From: Trypethelium eluteriae
Lineage: Eukaryota
Reading direction: 5' to 3'
DNA: 35,026 nt
NCBI GenBank assembly: GCA_051942245.1
Contig: JAVECL010000219.1
Location: 1 to 35,026, forward strand
A program made the position numbers and the translations under genes. The notes under the pieces were generated by a model. It did no database searches. It worked only from the letters and a program-made list of their open reading frames with translations, and had not been told where the DNA came from. Shown piece by piece: positions 12,138 through 23,537 of this stretch (the first letter of the stretch is position 1; every line of letters starts with the position of its first letter).

Positions 12138-13847
12138 ATGTCTTCCGCAGATTCATCACCATCCACACATGGAGCGTCCAAGGCGCCGTCGCCGAGCGAC
12201 AACGATGACAAGTATGCAGATGCCGAAAAGAATTTCAATGTCAGATCACCCAAGTTCTGGATCATCATAATCGGAATTTATGTGTCAATCTTTCTCGTCG
12301 CGTTGGATCGAATGATCATCGCCACCGCTATCCCAAGCATTACCGACGAATTCCACTCCATCGAAGACATCGGCTGGTATGGCAGCGCGTACATGCTGAC
12401 TGGCGCCATTTTCAATCCACTTTTCGGCCGCATCTACCAGCTCTACACGACGAAATCCGTCTTCCTCCTTTCCGTTGTCATCTTTGAGGCTGGCTCCGCC
12501 CTGTGTGGCGCCGCTCCCAGCTCAACTTCCTTCATCGTCGGACGCGCCATTGCCGGAATAGGAGCGGCCGGCATCTTCTGCGGCAGCATGATTATTGTCA
12601 TTTCGCTCGTGCCCCTCCGTCGACGGCCCATGTTCAATTCTGTCTTTGGCATGGCTTTTGGGGTTTCCTCGGTGCTTGGCCCTCTCATTGGCGGCGCTTT
12701 CAGCGACGACGCGTAAGTCGAGGCCTCATCACCAATGTACCTCGTGCTGACTTCTCCTAGGAAATTGACATGGAGGTGGTGTTTCTACATTAATCTGCCT
12801 GTCGGTGGCTTTACCATCATGGCTATGCTCCTATTCCTCCATCTGGAATCACCGCCGCGCGAGCAGCTCTCCCTCCTTAATCAACTCAAGCGCCTCGACC
12901 CCCTTGGACTTTTTTTCTTCATTCCCTCCATGATATGCCTCATTCTGGCTCTCCAGTGGGGCGGATCTACCTATCCTTGGTCCGCACCCCAGATCATTGG
13001 CCTTCTCGTTACCTTCGCCATCACTTTTGTCATGTTTCTTGTCGTTGAGGTTCTGATGCCAGAGACCGCCATGGCTCCCACTCGCGTCGTACTGAACCGT
13101 TCCGTAGGCGGTAGCATGCTCCTCATGCTGCTTCTCGCCGGGGGCATGATGAGCGTTACCTACTACCTCGCCACGTGGTTTCAAGCCGTCCAGGGAAAGT
13201 CAGCGACGGAGGCCGGGATTCGCACCATTCCCATGGTGACTTCATTTGTCGTCTTCGCCATTCCAGTCGCCATTTTCATCCAGAAAGTCGGGTATTACGT
13301 CCCCGCCATGCTACTCTCCCCTATACTCTGTGCCGTGGGTAGCGGCCTGCTCTCGACCCTCACCCCTAGCGCCGGAGCCAGCCACTGGATCGGCTATCAG
13401 GTGCTCTATGGTCTCGGCATTGGCGCCGGCTTCCAGACCTCAACTCTCGCCTCTCAGAATGTTCTGTCCCGCGCTGATGTCCCTCTCGGCATGGCCCTGA
13501 TGTTCTTCATGCAGCAGCTCGGTGGCTCCATCTTCCTTTCCGTCGGTCAGAACATATTCTCCAGCAAGCTCGTCGACAACCTTGCCGGCGTCGCCGGTCT
13601 CGATCCCAAGATAATCATCAACACCGGTGCCACCGCTCTTCGGGGCATCGTGCCGCCAAGCGAGCTCGGCACGGTCATCAATGCGTACAGTTATGCTCTG
13701 ACACGAGTGTTCATCTTGGCCGCTGCCCTTAGCGCCTGCACGATCCTGGGTGCCTTGATGGTAGAGTGGAAGAGCATCAAGTCAAAGAAAAGCGAGACCT
13801 CGGAGACTGCCAAGGCGGGTTCGGAGGAGACTAAGAGCGTCGCCTAG
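12138..13847 (+). CDS. MFS drug:H+ antiporter (DHA2, 14-TM) toxin efflux pump, about 553 aa; exons 12138-12712 and 12761-13847
   Basis: Motifs FLVALDRMIIATAIPSITDEFHS, WYGSAYML, GSALCGAAP, GRAIAGIGAAG, LGPLIGGAF, TWRWCFYINLPVGG. Intron GTAAGT...CTGAC...TAG. Confidence 0.95.
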
Positions 13848-15047
13848 AATTAAAGATACCTGGCAAGAGACAGCCTAGAGCGCAATCGTGAAGATAAAAC
13901 TTCTAATTAATAGAGTGTAGATAAGATAGATGGTAATGTCGGAACTCGGTTAAAATGGCATTTCGTGTGCAGGTGAACTCCGAGTAGCTTGTTCATCAGC
14001 ATGGTCGTTCATAAGTATAAAATTATATTTCAAAAACCAACATACCCTGAAATCATAATGATCACATAAACTGTACTAATGCGTTGATGTTTGAAGACTT
14101 GATCATTACCTACTTAGATTTAGAGACTTTAGCGGATACTTGCAGCTCTCACGCCCTACGGATAAGAAAGTGAGGAAAAGGGGGAAAAAGGAAAACAAGG
14201 ATAAAATATTCACCCCCATGGCGCTTCTCTCTCGACTGCCTTGTCGACCAACAAAGCACAAAAGCAAGCTGCACTACGCAGCATTGGATGTATCTCTTTT
14301 GTCATTTTTCTTCCATGTTTTGTGAGCTTTTGTCGTTTGGCAGCAAATGCTACAAACATTTGCACCACCAGCATCGATGAGATCGAATTCGCCATGGGCT
14401 TTCTAAGCAACTAAGAGGACGTGTGCAAATCCGCGCAAACAGACTATATACCATAAGGGAAATGCCTTCTTTAATATAGCCTTCCGGCACTGAGTAAAGC
14501 TGAGACTTGTACTACACAAAAACCATTGGCACGAATAGGGAAGATGAGTTGCAGATCTAGCCCAGGCATATTGCTAAGGGAAGCTAGGGTTGCAGAATAG
14601 TCGGGCTGGCGTTTATGAAGAGGACTTAATTATAAATCAAGAAGTTTGGCAGTCTCGCAGAGGAGAGGCAAGTTTTGTGATTTTCAACATAGATAGTATT
14701 GATCACAAAGTACCTAGATCCATAGTGCCTCCCCCATCGTGTTGACAGTAAGTAAGCAAGACCAACAAGAAGACAGATGATCTGGCAATGATAGAAAGTA
14801 CTTATACTATTCATTAGGGTCTTGGGACGTCATGCCGCGGAGTGATGGTACATAACCCTTCCAAGACATCTAGTAGCCGGTTCCCTCTTAGTATTATGTG
14901 TAGAGTAATAACTGGGTCGGATTTAGTTTGACGACTCAGTCCAAGCTGACAATGTCCGATCTTGACACTCTCATTTCGCCCACAATCAGTGTATGATACT
15001 CGTTACAGAAATCGATTATGGGAAGTCACCAATCATCGTTGGACCAT

Positions 15048-15146
15048 GTCCGAATCGGACGGTGTGGAGTAAGCTCTGACGTCGAGGCTATCATGAGCTC
15101 AAAGCTAAGGCAGGTGCCCCACCAGATGCCGACAACAGAACCCCGC
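15048..15146. promoter_or_regulatory. Candidate regulatory cluster upstream of the phenol monooxygenase: CCG-N3-CGG palindrome plus three CreA-type SYGGRG sites
   Basis: GTCCGA-A-TCGGAC (15048-15060); GTGGAG 15064; CCCCAC 15117; CCCCGC 15141. Confidence 0.35.
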
Positions 15147-15356
15147 AAGTGGATTTTCTCTACACCTTGGCGCTTAGTCTTACTATACTACGTAGCAGAT
15201 TTTAATTAGATAGCCTGTTACGAGAATGAAAAATTTGCACCGAACTCCAAGCACACTGCTCTGAAAGGACTGTTCAAAGCTATTAGAACTCGACTGTTCT
15301 CTGGCCAGAGTTCTTCTATTTCCTTCATTGCCAATCCCTTAGAGAAAAAAGACAAC

Positions 15357-17730
15357 ATGCCGGGACAGATTTTGCCAGAGTCAAGCGTCGATGTGTATGA
15401 CGCTCCAACAAGACTCCGACTACATTGACTCAGTTTCTAACATCAAAATGCCAGACTCATCGTCGGTGCTGGTCCAGCCGGGTAAAGCTCTCATCATATT
15501 TTCTTTCTGCCCCCAAATCCCCCCTCATCCTGGCCACCTTTTCGTCATGGATCGGATCTGACGTTATGGCCTGGTCAGGCTTATGGCGGCGGCGTGGATG
15601 GCTCATACCGGCGTCCATACTCGTGTTATCGACAAACGGGGCACCAAGATTTTCAATGGCCAAGCTGATGGCTTGCAATGCCGGAGTCTCGAAATCTTTG
15701 ACTCCTTTGGGTTCGCGGAGCGGGTGTGGAAAGAGGCAAATCACATGTTAGAGATCTGCATGTGGGTATGTAAGAGCCTTCTTCTGGAAGATAATTGAGA
15801 GGACAACGAAGGCCGGAGAGTCGGTGAAGAAGGGTAGATGGGTTGTACGGAACTTTAACTAACGGTAGTCAAAGTAGAACCCCGACGAAACCGGTAAAAT
15901 AAGACGCAGCGATCGCATCGCGGATACTCCGCCCGGAATATCACGCTTTCAGGAATGTGTCCTACACCAAGGCCGGATCGAACGTTTCTTCCTCGACTCC
16001 ATTCGTGACGCCTCTTGGAAAACTCATCCAGTTGACGTGGAGCGCGGGGTCTTGCCCGAGTCGCTCGAGCTCGACGACTCCAAAGTAGAAGACCATGAAG
16101 CATATCCAATAACGGTAAAGTTGAGACATCTATCAGAGGAAGAGGCGACGCCAGAACAATACGGGAAGCAATTGCAGGATGGGTTGTTTCGCAGCAATCT
16201 GGCACCCGACGATACCGATGAGCTGCTCACAAAAAGTAGAGCTGCAGCTAAAGAAGGTAGTGAAGAAATTGTGAGAGCCAAGTATATGATTGGGTGCGAC
16301 GGAGCGCACAGTTGGGTAAGGCGGCAGTTAGGGTTCGAGATGGAAGGGGAGCCCACTGATTTTGTATGGGGAGTGCTGGATATCATCCCAATCACAGATT
16401 TTCGTAAGTTCTAAATTGATACGGCCGAAGTGAAGGCTATGGCTCGTTCCGTCAACCGTTACGTTGCTAAGCATGATTAATAGCGGATATCCGTAACCGT
16501 TGCATGATACACAGCGCCAGTTCTGGTAGTCTCATGGTCATCCCGCGCGAAAACAAGCTAGTCCGACTATATGTTCAGCTCAAAGAAGTTGTTCCTGATG
16601 CCAGTGGACGCGCAGATCGTTCAAAGATTACGCCCGATACCATACTTGCAGCGGCGCAGAAGACGTTGAGTCCGTATAAGCTATCGTATAAATACTGCGA
16701 TTGGTGGACTGCATATCAAATCGGCCAGCGTGTTGGCAGAAATTTCTCTAAACAGACGCGTATTTTCTTAGCTGGAGATGCTGTACACACCCACTCGCCC
16801 AAAGCTGGGCAGGGTATGAACGTCAGTATGCAAGATTGCTTCAATCTCGGCTGGAAGGTCTCGCTCGTTGTTCGCGGGATTGCCCAGCGCTATATTCTGT
16901 CCACATATCAATCTGAACGCCGACGAATAGCACAAGATCTGATTGACTTTGATCACAAGTTCAGCCGTTTATTTTCGGGTCGACCTGCTAAGGACTTGAC
17001 TGATGAAGAAGGCATCAGTATGCAAGAGTTCAAGGATGTATTCATGCGAGGCGCCATGTTCACGAGTGGTCTGAGCGTGGATTATGGTGCGAGCATGCTT
17101 GTCGCCAAGCCTGGAGCAGCGGCTGTTCAGGGCGATGGTACGGATGTCAGTGCCAAAGGAGAGAAGGTGGTTGCAAAAGAAGGCTTGGCGAAGCATGTGG
17201 AGCTTGGAAAGCGTTTTCCGAGCTTTCAGGTATTGAATCAGGTGGATTCAAGACCGTGGAATTTTGCGCAGTGGCTGCAAAGTGATGGACGATTTAGAAT
17301 TGTGCTATTTGCAGGGGCGATGACCAGCGCGGCGCAGAGAGAAAGGGTCGGTGCCTTTTGCCATCAGTTGGAGAACATCTTGAAGAGATTCACTCCTGAA
17401 GGAAGGCCAATCGATTCCGTCATCGAGGTCTTGACAATCCACTCAGCAAAAAGAATAAGCGTCGAATTGCTCGAGGATTTCCCTCAGGTTTTGCACCCGT
17501 TTAGTGAAGAGCAAGGTTGGGACTACAACAAAGTCTTTGTCGACGATGAAAGCTATCACGAGGGACATGGGCGTGCGTACGAACAATACGGTATTGACCA
17601 GGAAAGAGGATGTCTCATTGTACTGAGGCCCGACCAATACGTTGGATACATTGGGGAACTGGAAGACGTCAAGGACCTGGAGGTTTATTTTGGGAACATA
17701 CTTGTACAGCCGCAAAGTGTAGTAAAATAG
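15357..17730 (+). CDS. FAD-dependent phenol 2-monooxygenase (phenol hydroxylase family), about 674 aa; exons 15357-15394, 15455-15481, 15579-15765, 15878-16403, 16484-17730
   Basis: Spliced DVLIVGAGPAGL dinucleotide-binding motif, GQADGLQCRSLEIFDSFG, LHQGRIERF, IGCDGAHSWVRRQLG, TDFPDIRNRC, FLAGDAVHTHSPKAGQGMNVSMQD, and a C-terminal dimerisation domain ending LRPDQYVG. Confidence 0.95.
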
Positions 17731-17966
17731 TCGGGATGTTCATATGAGGGGCTTGGAAACGGCTTCGTTGACTCTTTTCCGGGACTTCTTGCTTTGGCTC
17801 CCCATTATGTAGGCCAGTACTACACTGTCATACCCATGATTCCCGCAAAAAAATGAGCACGATTCATTTCATGAAAGTATGTGGCTCAAGTGCCGTCGAT
17901 CCACAACGACGATAGCTTCTTAGAAGCATCAAAGCTTGATAGTGGACTGATGTTTAAGTGAAAGGT

Positions 17967-18839
17967 TCATATATCCCAATCTCTGTCTTCATCGTCATCT
18001 TGAGCGCGGCTGGCCTTGAGGTATTCATTGAAATCGACCTGCGGATCGTAATTCTCTATTTGCTTGTAATCTTCAATCTCTGTAGATAAGGAGGGTGGTA
18101 CGGCTGCACGCGTCACTGCATTCTCTAGTATGTTGTTGTTCATTAGACCAGTTGGTCTGGCTGAAGACGGCTGTTCTCCCCGTTCAAGCGCTAGATTCGA
18201 CAAGGAATTTTCTATCTCGGCATCCGAACCCTTGGACGTTGTCCCCTTGAGGCGCTGTGGTAGGGTTGCTGTGAAGGTCCGTCTGGGTTCATCATTCAAC
18301 AGTGTAATTTCCATAGTTTTCGAGGCTCTTCTCAACCACGCTGGCTCTTCATTTAGCTGTGCTTTGATGTAGAGGGCACGCTTAGCACAGTCTTCTGAGC
18401 ACCACAGTTCGAGTTGCTTGGTGGGGACAAACTTTAGATCCTCGCCTGTTCCTTTACGTCCAAGGATGCGCATCTTAGCGGTAGTATTCTGTTTCAGTGG
18501 TTTCCGTGGGCATAGCGCATATCCACAAACTTCAGCACAATGTCTCTCCTCGATGAGAGAGTCGTAGTCGGAAGGTTGGAAAGGGGCGACTAGCGACGTG
18601 AAACGTGAGACATCTACAGACGATGGGTTGGAAGGGTCGGCGTTCTCCGTCGAAGGAAAGTCTATGAGTTCCTCGATAGCTTCTAGTATTTGGGCTTCGG
18701 CATCTTTCTGTTGTTGAATTAGAGTTGCATGATGGATGGCGATGTCGCGGTTGCGCTGAGCTCGCACTGCCTGGGCTTCTGTGGTGGCATCTGGCCCGCT
18801 CGGCTTCTTTAAGATCGATTTCGGGGTCTGGCTGTCCAT
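17967..18839 (-). CDS. RTR1: RNA polymerase II CTD phosphatase Rtr1/RPAP2, about 290 aa
   Basis: FQPSDYDSLIEERHCAEVCGYALC...WCSEDCAKRALYIKAQLNEEPAWLR zinc-binding signature. Confidence 0.88.
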   Translation of the reverse strand: MDSQTPKSILKKPSGPDATTEAQAVRAQRNRDIAIHHATLIQQQKDAEAQILEAIEELIDFPSTENADPSNPSSVDVSRFTSLVAPFQPSDYDSLIEERHCAEVCGYALCPRKPLKQNTTAKMRILGRKGTGEDLKFVPTKQLELWCSEDCAKRALYIKAQLNEEPAWLRRASKTMEITLLNDEPRRTFTATLPQRLKGTTSKGSDAEIENSLSNLALERGEQPSSARPTGLMNNNILENAVTRAAVPPSLSTEIEDYKQIENYDPQVDFNEYLKASRAQDDDEDRDWDI

Positions 18840-19288
18840 GAAGCTTCTCAAAAAAGACTACGTCGTAGCCAGTGGCCAGCGGTTGACGAAGTTTTGAGGC
18901 AAATGGTGGTTTTGAATCCATGGCCAAGGAGGCGCTAGCGGTCAAGACTCGTCACAGTTGTGCTTGCCGCTTATTGCGGCAGACTCTCGCCTTCGCAACT
19001 CGATGTTTCCAGGTACCTGGGCAACGTCCCCTTCACATCAACTCGCCTGATCATTCGCGAGGTGACTGGGCAGGTCTTCAGTAAGCTGCCGCCACCAGTC
19101 GTCAGAGCTTCTTCCCGCTGACGTATGATGACTGCCCCTCCAGCAGCTACACAGCCCCGTCGTCTGCCCTCTGCTTAGGCTCCCTAGGGCACCAGTACCT
19201 ACACTGAACGTCTCCTCCACTTGAAGCTGTCTGTTCACGCCCTGTCGCCAAACGCATTGGGCTGAGTTGCCTTAGCTGGCTGTCAAAA

Positions 19289-22200
19289 ATGGCCAATCCG
19301 CCGTTCAAGGTCAAAGCTATCTACGAATACTCTTCTCCACATGAAGATGACCTGAACTTTCCGTCTGGACAAATTGTCACCGTGATAGCAGAAGAGGATG
19401 ACGATTGGTATGTTGGGGAGTACGACGATGCTTCGGGCGACAAGAAACAAGGCTTGTTTCCGAAGAACTTTGTTGAAAAATACGAGCCTCCAGTTCCCAC
19501 AAGACCTTCGAGACCTACTCGACCCAAAGTCGAGCAACCTCCCGCACCCGTAGCTCCTATAGAAGAGCCTAGCGAAGAAGCTTCTGCCCCCATCGAAGAG
19601 CCAGAACTTCGCAAACCCCAGGCAGCACCAGCCCCAGAGCTGTCACCACGGTCACCACCGACAGCGACGGCGAAACCGCAGGCGGAAGCGCCAAATGAGT
19701 TGCCAGCTGCTCCAAAACCGGTTCCTTCAGCACCGGCAGCTAAGGCACCTCCTCCAGCGATTTCCGAAAAGCCAAGCTCCTTCAAGGACCGAATTGCAGC
19801 ATTCAACAAAGGTTCAGCACCTCCGATCGCCCCCAAACCCCAAGGTGCCCCTGGCACTAGCTCCTTCATCAAAAAGCCATATGTTGCACCTCCTCCAAGC
19901 AAGAACGCCTACATACCACCAGCTAGAGAATCTGCACCTCAAAAGGTCTACAGGCGGGAGGAGGACCCTGAAGTGGCAGAAAGGCAAGCTCAGGATAACG
20001 AGGCTGCAGAGGCTGCAGGCCTGGCAGGTTCAGGAGCTGCTGCTGAATCACCTGGAGAAGATGCTCCAAAACCTCAAAGCCTGAAGGATAGGATTGCATT
20101 GCTGCAGAAACAACAAGCTGAGCAAGCTATGCGACGTGCAGAGGCGTCGCAAAAGGAGAAGCCCAAAAAGCCCCATAAGAAGCCTTCAGAGCCGCGGGAA
20201 AGCCAAGAATCGAATACTATCCAGCAAGAGGATGTGCCTGCTCCTGAGCAACTTCCAAGAGCCTCCACTGACCTCGCCCGTGAAACCGGTCGAAAATCCA
20301 CTGACACACGCACTTCTCGAGGACCTAGATCACCAGACAGCACGAACCAACCCCGAGAACTGTTCAGCGATGGTAATGATGCTGATCAATCCGCCGCAGG
20401 GGAGACTACTGAGGATGCAGAGGGCACTTCTGGACTCGAAGACATTGATGAGAGAATTCAACCAAGTATTCCTACTGCAGAGGCCCGTGCACCAGCAGCA
20501 CCGAAAGAAGAGCCTAATGTCGGCGATGAAGAAGATACAACCGAAGAAGAGGAGGATGAGGAAAGTGAAGAGGATGCAGAAACGAAGCGTAAATTAGAGC
20601 TTCGCGAGCGGATGGCAAAAATGAGCGGTGGAATGGGCATGGCCGGCATGTTTGGTCCACCGATGCCTGTGCCAGGGGCGGCATCCAAAAAAAAGAAGTC
20701 TACAACTAGTAACAAGGATCAGGGAGAAGCTGAAAATGCTTCGCCCACCGCATATCAATCTCATACGACGCCCATGGTTCCAGTGCCTGGGATGCAACGA
20801 ACACTAAGCCCCAAGCAGGAGCTAGAGGTTGCACCTTTGGATGTATCCAAAGATGAAGAATTATCACATCCAATTACTAGCCAACACGCAGCAGAAGAGG
20901 TCCCTGACGTAGAAGACATCAAACCGGAGCCTCCTGCCCGTCGGTCAACCGACCGTCGATCTATAGACAGAGCTGCTCCGCCTCCTGTCCCGCAAGGTAA
21001 ATATTTTTATCCATTGCTTAAAGAAGGTGTCAATCGATGTACTACAGAACCCTACAATAAACTAGACTTGGAATCTTCGCCTCCATGGTCTATTCTTGGC
21101 GGCGATGGATTTCAGGATGCAGTTTTCATTGTTAGGGTTCGCCGTACGTCGTGCGGACCAAGGCGTTGTTGTCTTACCCAATTATGACGGCCTTTGCTAA
21201 CGACTTGTAGAGAGACCAATACCTCCATTACCCAGTGAGCGCGCAGCACCTCCACCGCCAGCCGCCGAAAGTGTGTTCCTCTTTTCCGATTCGCCCCATT
21301 TGCTCCTGCTGAATTGATTATAGGTCGTCCAATTCCTCCACCCCCGGCTGAGATACAGTCAGAAACTCCTGGTTCTGAATCAGATGATGAGCTCTCGACG
21401 AGTCGAAGCAAAGTGCCGGCCAGGTCAGGAACAACGGAAAGTATTGCCCTCCATCAACGTGGTGCTCCACCACCGGTCCCTGGTCGAGATATTGCAAGTG
21501 CAGTTCCACCTGCACCACCTCAAACTCATCCCAGCACACGAAGTTCAACTCTAAGTTCAGATATCGATCCTTACCCTACTTCAAGGACCATACCTGTACA
21601 AGAAAAGCGAACAAGCCGTGCCGCTCCCACAGCAGGAGCTAGTCCAACACATATCAGTAGAGCGCCTCCCCCACCACCTCCAACAGGACCACCACTTTCT
21701 AGACCTGAAGATGACAATGAGGATGAAGTAGAGGAGGAGACTGAATACGAGGGCGATTATGATACAGATATCGCACCTGGGGCTAAGCACAAGGACGCTT
21801 TGAAGTCGCATTTGCGCGACTCGAGCTTAGATGAAAGTACTCTCGCAGACGAAAAATCACTCCGATCTCCTTCGCTACCAGCCGCCGCTGCGCCTCCTCC
21901 CATCCCGAATGCTACCCGGGCTGCACCACCGCCGCCTCCGCAGCAGCCCCCGAAGAGCAGACCGTCCATGGACGCACCCAGGGTTGCCCCACCTCCAGTT
22001 CCAACTCGGGAACCCTCTATGGGAGCGACAGTCACTGGACCACCAGGGCCGGACTACGATCCATATCGTTATGACTCGCCTCCGCCAGCCCCTTCTAGAA
22101 GATCTACTGCACCTGGTGCTCCGGCTCCAGCTCCGCCGCGGGGTCCACCCCAAATACCGCCACTGGATCCTCTACATAGAGAAGACGATGAACTATACTC

Positions 22201-23188
22201 TTCTTCCCCGCCCCGTGTGCCTAGCGAACGACCGCCACCTCTTCCACCACAGCCGCCCCCTCAAGATCGAGCCCCACCTCCGCGGCCCTCTCACAATATT
22301 CCAGCGATTGGGTCCTCTTCAGATTCACCTGTCCGTGCACCTCCTCGACAATCCCTTGATGTTAATCGAACAATGAGCACAGCAAGGCGATCAATGGACC
22401 AACCAAGACCGAGTGGAGATGGCTTTATGGCGACTGATGTTAATTTGGGTGAGAGTACCCAATGGTGGACTCGTCCAAATACGCCGCCTCCCGTCTTTCA
22501 CAACCGCAAAGATATTAGATATGAGATCGAAGAGTCTAGTTCCGCTGACCATGGCGGGAAAACCACGATTTCCAAAGATGTTTATATACTTTTCTTGGAC
22601 TACTCGCAGACAATCATCACCGCGCGATTTGACACACATAATCCTGCAGACGTCAATTTAGAGCAGCGGCACGAGCCGCCGCCCCCTCGGTTACGGCAAG
22701 ACCAGCTTGAAGACGCGCATTCACGCTTTGGTGCTAAGATCGCGGAAGCCGTGAACTCGAAACAAAACACCGTCGTTGGGGATGGCACTCCGCACTCTCT
22801 TATACTCGAACTATTTCGCCCGCTTCAGTCTGTGCTTGCGCCCGTTGGTACTCGCGCGTACGGAGCATTAGTCTATGCTAACATGGCTAACGCCACAATT
22901 CAGCAATATGATGAAATCAGACCTGGAGACATCATCACGTTGCGTAACGCCAAACTGCAAGGCAAACATGGACCCATGCATCAGAAGTACAGCATGGAAG
23001 TCGGTACTCCAGAGCATGTAGCAGTAGTCGCCGAGTGGGACGGTACCAAAAAGAAAGTGAGGGCCTTTGAGCAAGGACGTGAAGGGAAGAAGGTTAAAAT
23101 GGAAAGCTTCAAAGTAGGCGATCTGAGGAGTGGGGAAGTCAAAGTGTGGAGAGTGATGGGTAGGGATTGGGTGGGTTGGGAAGGTTAG
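19289..23188 (+). CDS. BBC1: Bbc1/Mti1 myosin-tail-interacting actin-patch protein (N-terminal SH3, Pro-rich middle, conserved C-terminal domain), about 1210 aa; exons 19289-20996, 21211-21270, 21324-23188
   Basis: SH3 FKVKAIYEYSSPHEDDLNF..WY.G..GLFPKNFVE; SFKDRIAAFN and SLKDRIALLQ motifs; LRERMAKMSGGMGM; C-terminal VYILFLDYSQT...VGTRAYGALVYAN...IRPGDII...EWDGTKKKVR. Introns 20997-21210 and 21271-21323 keep the frame. Confidence 0.9.
21035..21151 (+). other. Long imperfect RNA hairpin within BBC1 intron 1, enclosing a candidate 96-nt cassette exon (21048-21143)
   Basis: Six stacked complementary segments read directly from the sequence, about 39 bp including G-U pairs (see findings). Confidence 0.7.
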
Positions 23189-23537
23189 ATGAGCCATACT
23201 TTCTTGGAAGTGTTCATGTGCCTCATTCGTTGAGCGAACTATGGGTAGGGATTGGAGATGCACAAGTACCGAACCATGTCAAATGTACAATCATTCGTAT
23301 ACTTCGCTTTCGGACCGTACATACGTTCTAAAACTCGCTGAGATCGGGATATGGTATAAGGATAACCGAATGCGGTCTAGGGCCGTTTTGCTCCGAGAAG
23401 ATCAGCGAATTCCTCGCCAAAGATCATCCCATATCACCTCTCGACATTCAGTCCACCACCCATCCACGATGCAATGACCTGCGCCGAATTCGTATTATTC
23501 TCTGGAGAGTCCTGACAGTCTCTATGCTAAGCCTTGC

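Noticed and set aside
13850..15000. Short ORFs in the AT-richer spacer between the MFS and monooxygenase genes
   Set aside because: Short (about 60 aa) with no motifs; most simply terminator and promoter sequence.
15766..15877. Stem CCTTCTTC/GAAGAAGG in phenol monooxygenase intron 3
   Set aside because: Only 8 bp of low-complexity pairing; compatible with chance.
19321..23263. Many antisense and alternative-frame ORFs over BBC1 (and similarly over the MFS, MRP51 and monooxygenase genes)
   Set aside because: Expected by-products of GC-rich, Pro-rich codon usage; no independent coding features.
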